Assembly: GCA_037447605.1 (NCBI GenBank) | Contig: CM074822.1 | Coordinates: 1,821,492-1,885,491 of the forward strand | DNA length: 64,000 nucleotides | From: Zygnema circumcarinatum SAG 698-1b | Lineage: Eukaryota; Plantae; Zygnematophyceae | Reading direction: 5' to 3' | In this document: positions 60,604 through 64,000 of the stretch, one piece after another | Layout: every line of letters begins with the position of its first letter | Numbering within the stretch: the first letter of the stretch is position 1 | Notes under the pieces: generated by a model | The model's input: only the letters and a program-made list of their open reading frames with translations | What the model was told of the DNA's origin: nothing | The model's database searches: none | Position numbers and translations under genes: made by a program

Positions 60604-61197
60604 TAATGGTTGCATAGCGGACGTTGGATGAGTTGGGTGTCCAACGTGTTTGCGCACGTTATCTCAAGTAGCCGTAGCAATGGTTGTAAACCAAATAACG
60701 ACGTTCCGCAACACGCAGCGACACATGGCAATATCAAAGACATAGGTCAGCATGCTGCCAGTGAGCGGATGCAGACGTGAGGGCAGAATAAATGCAGTCT
60801 GCTGCCAAGCCGTTGCCACACCAGAAGGCAGCGGAGCAGGGTATTTACTACACCTTCAATAGTATGGGTGTGACATTATTATTTCGTAGCATGCGACAAC
60901 AGGGCGTGAATTTAACCGAGCACAGCAACCGCCCGACGTAAGCTCCGACAGTGCACTGCAGCCTCTATAAGACTGAGAAGGTTCCAAAGTCTGCAGATAC
61001 CAATCCTGCTGCTGTAGCAGCGCTACTGCAGCAGTCTGCCTCTATGACTCGCCGAACCTCGTCACCCTATACAGAAATAATTTGTACAAGGAAATGTATC
61101 CCTCACGATGTTTATTCAGGAAACATCATAGAACAGGCTCTCCTATATAGGCCATGCGAGAACAGGGACTTCCATGATGCTGTCAAAGTCTCCGGTT

Positions 61198-64000
61198 TTA
61201 TCTCAGCACAGTCCCGTCGCAGATCTTCCAACCGGTCTCTGTGAGCACGAGGTCGTAATGCACGGTGTACGCGTCGCGGTAGGAGTCGCTCTGCAGCTGG
61301 GAGGGGTCGAACAGCCGCGCACTCTCCTCGATGGTCGCTTCCACTGTAGCGCGGTGCCCGTCGGGGGCAAGCTGCACGTCTCCAATCTGAAGGGCAGACA
61401 GCAAGGGTTACAAGGTTGAGAACACGGGCAAGCAACACAAACATAGAAGAGAAAGAGCTAGAAATAGTACACAGTTCAAAAGGAAGAGGTGATTTGGGAA
61501 AGGGGAAGTAACACAAGAATGGAGGATGAGGAGAAGAGTCGTGCAAGAAGGGAACTGACCCCTTCATTCAGAAAGCAAGGGAGGAGTAGGTGAAGGGCGA
61601 GTACAGTTCTATGGACCCCCTGGGTCGTTCATTAGCCCATAGAACCATGAGGACGCAAATGCGAATGCTCTTATAGCTTAGACAAGCAAGGATTGGAGTA
61701 CCCGAGTGGGTTCCTTTTCGCGCAGAGGAGGTTGGCAACTTTCCAAGGTGCACAAATCAGTCTTTCCACTGCAGATGGACTTTCCTTCCATGCTGAAATT
61801 CAACGATGCTAGAAAACTCTTCACACATACTGACAGCTTGCACATGGCAATTGCATCGCCTGCCATGCACACTTTCTGTCCTTGCCAAAGTTTTCTCATA
61901 TCTCGCCCGTGCAGTTTCAGTTATAAGCAGATTCAAAGTAGCTTTAGCCCACCTTGAGGTTCAGCAGAGTGAACTCCCAACGCCACTTGTTGATGCGCGC
62001 TTCGACGGCTTTTGCTCGCCATTTGTCAAGCATAGGGCCCTCCAGAATCTGGAAGTCAAACAAGCCTCTGCTGCTGTCAAGTGCTGCTATTTTCCGTTTG
62101 CTTCTCTTGGTGGTCGCCCACGCGCCACTAAGAATATGACATGACCGTCCTCACAAAAACTTCGATTACCCTCACAATAATCTTCTGGGTTTCTGCCTGA
62201 TGGTTCCTATCCAAACCTGCTTCCAAACTTTCAATTACCTACGGGCAAAAATTTCTGAAGAAAACCGCAGTTCAACTTTAGATTACATCCAAGCAGCAGT
62301 GTAGCAATAGCATGCTGTGCTGCAACTGTCGTTCAATTTCTTCCAGCTTTAGATTGATCAATTTTTGCCTGAGTCATAGTGCCTTTAAAACTGACCTCTT
62401 CGAGTCTCCCAATATCATGCTTCGTGCCAAGGGCTGCCGCTTTCACCTCCTGCCAGTTCGTCAGCACGTTCTGCGCTATCTTCTGTTGTCTTGCCTTTAC
62501 TATCCGAATTTCTGCTGCCTCTTTCCCCCTTCCTGTATGGCCCAAACATTTAATGCCACAGAACTTGAGTCGTACGGCAGCCTGACAAGATTACATGCTG
62601 AGACTACGGCGGTGCTTCAAAAGCAATTACGACTATATATAGATGGAGTGACATCAAGACGAGACCGAACTATGATCAGTCAAAACTCATGTACTCAGAG
62701 GTTTCAAGAGCAGAGATGGTCCTGTGGTCTTTGAGTTTAAGTCATATGTTTGTGTACCGATTGAAGAAAACCAAAGAGAAGAAAGAAGGAATGAAGGAGA
62801 ACTTCCACAAGCCATTCTCTCACCTAATGACTCTGAGATTTCAGATACTGCAGCTGGAAATTGTCCAATTGCGAACCTCCCACCAATGTGCTTTCTGCCC
62901 ACATAACCTGCCACAATTGCGCTCCCAAGAGCAAAACAGAGAAGCACCATCTTTCCTCCATTCCACCATGAGCTCTTCTCCTTCTGCTCCCTGGCAGCAG
63001 ACAGCTCTCCTTCCTCGTCCGCCATGTCCAAAAGTCCGTTGCCCCCTCGACCAAAACCAAACTCTGTGCTTCCATGAGCTGCCTCTCGATCCATTTCAGA
63101 AAGCATAGCCACATCGCCAGACCCTCCAAAGACTTCTCTATCTCTCAACCAGAACTCCCGTTGACTCCGATTCCGTGCCACAATAGCTGTCTCTACTGTC
63201 CCTTCAGACTTTGCAACATATTGACTTTGATTGTTTCCGTTTCTCTGCTGCCAGGCTCCATTCTGTATCACTGCATTCCCCTTCCCTTCGTCAGTTTCGA
63301 ACTTTCCATTCGCAAGAACACCTCGCAACGCCCTCAAGGCGGCCAAGGCCTGTCTTGCCGCCCCTCCTGCTTGCGCACCTGCATCTTTGATACTATTCAG
63401 ACAAAGTGCAGAACCCCTCTCTAAGCCGTCCAATTCGTTTATAACCACAGGAGCATCGAAGTAATCCCTCAGGCTGACTTGCTTTCCCTCCAGATCCCTA
63501 AACCGTTGGATGAGAATCTCTTCCAGCCACCAATGCAGTGCTACACAGAGGCCGGAAAGAAGCTCCGCTTTCAGGGGCTTCTGATCCATCTCACTTCTTC
63601 CCGTCGCTTGTCCATTGGTGACTTTAGCACCCCCCTCTGCGACTTCATCCCAATCTCTGCCTACCTCAACATCCACTCCTAATCCTGTCCCAGTCATTTG
63701 ATTCCACCACAGGCCTGAAGCCTCTGGAGAATTCTCATACACAAATCTTGCCATTGTGAGGTCGCCTGTGGGCGGATCTTCATCCAATCCCAGCCGCATG
63801 AGGCAGTCTCCCACCTGCCCCAAGAGTAGAGCACACATAGCTCGCTCTACCGACAGTTCGTTTGGAAGAAACCCTTCACTTTCCTTGCTCGCCCTCTGCA
63901 GGACATCTGACCGCTCCTCCAGCTCAGCAAGACGAGCATCTGCTTCTTTAATGTCACTCGGACGATTGTTGAAGAATCCCCTCGCAACAAGTGCGAGAGC
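61198..64000 (-). CDS. ARC6: 3' portion of an ARC6-like plastid division protein (C-terminal DUF4101/IMS domain); starts beyond the window
   Basis: CALLLGQVGDCLMRLGLD...FVYENS...GLCVALHWWLEEILIQRFRD...LRDYFDAP, a TM segment, AQNVLTNWQEVKAAALG...HDIGRLEE|ILEGPMLDKW...WEFTLLNLK|...ATVEATIEESARL...YTVHYDLV...GWKICDGTVLR*. From memory it is closer to ARC6 than to PARC6. Confidence 0.85.

Overview
Gene-dense, intron-rich nuclear DNA from a photosynthetic eukaryote. It carries plastid-targeted NdhN, FLAP1 and ARC6-like genes, GT-AG introns and CATG- and CT-rich microsatellites; the style suggests a streptophyte (probably zygnematophyte) alga, which is an inference. Genes reconstructed by hand from splice sites, in order: the 3' part of a MEE22-like gene (+), TRM1 (-) head-to-head with NdhN (+), a 13-kb EAF1-like NuA4 scaffold gene (-) with a 160-glutamine tract, a FrnE/DsbA-like thioredoxin (-) head-to-head with TRMO (+), a large uncharacterised multi-exon gene (+), FLAP1 (+), two intronless GC-rich genes (+), ARP6 (-), an intron-containing tRNA-Ser(GCT) and the 3' part of an ARC6-like gene (-). 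The most interesting region is 43.6-52.9 kb. It holds two divergent tandem paralogues with no recognisable DNA-binding domain that share an LFG motif, an LWxxLQ motif and a terminal LDLxLRL EAR motif, and each lies downstream of a dense cluster of CGTAC (SBP-box-type) sites. This is a candidate SBP-controlled co-repressor-adaptor module. The 56.8-60.6 kb interval is a rearrangement hotspot: a degenerate duplicate of the ARP6 promoter and start, a 364-bp inverted-repeat hairpin, a tandemly duplicated tRNA 3' half, a short interspersed repeat and a 133-bp MITE. No CRISPR array, rRNA or autonomous transposon was seen.
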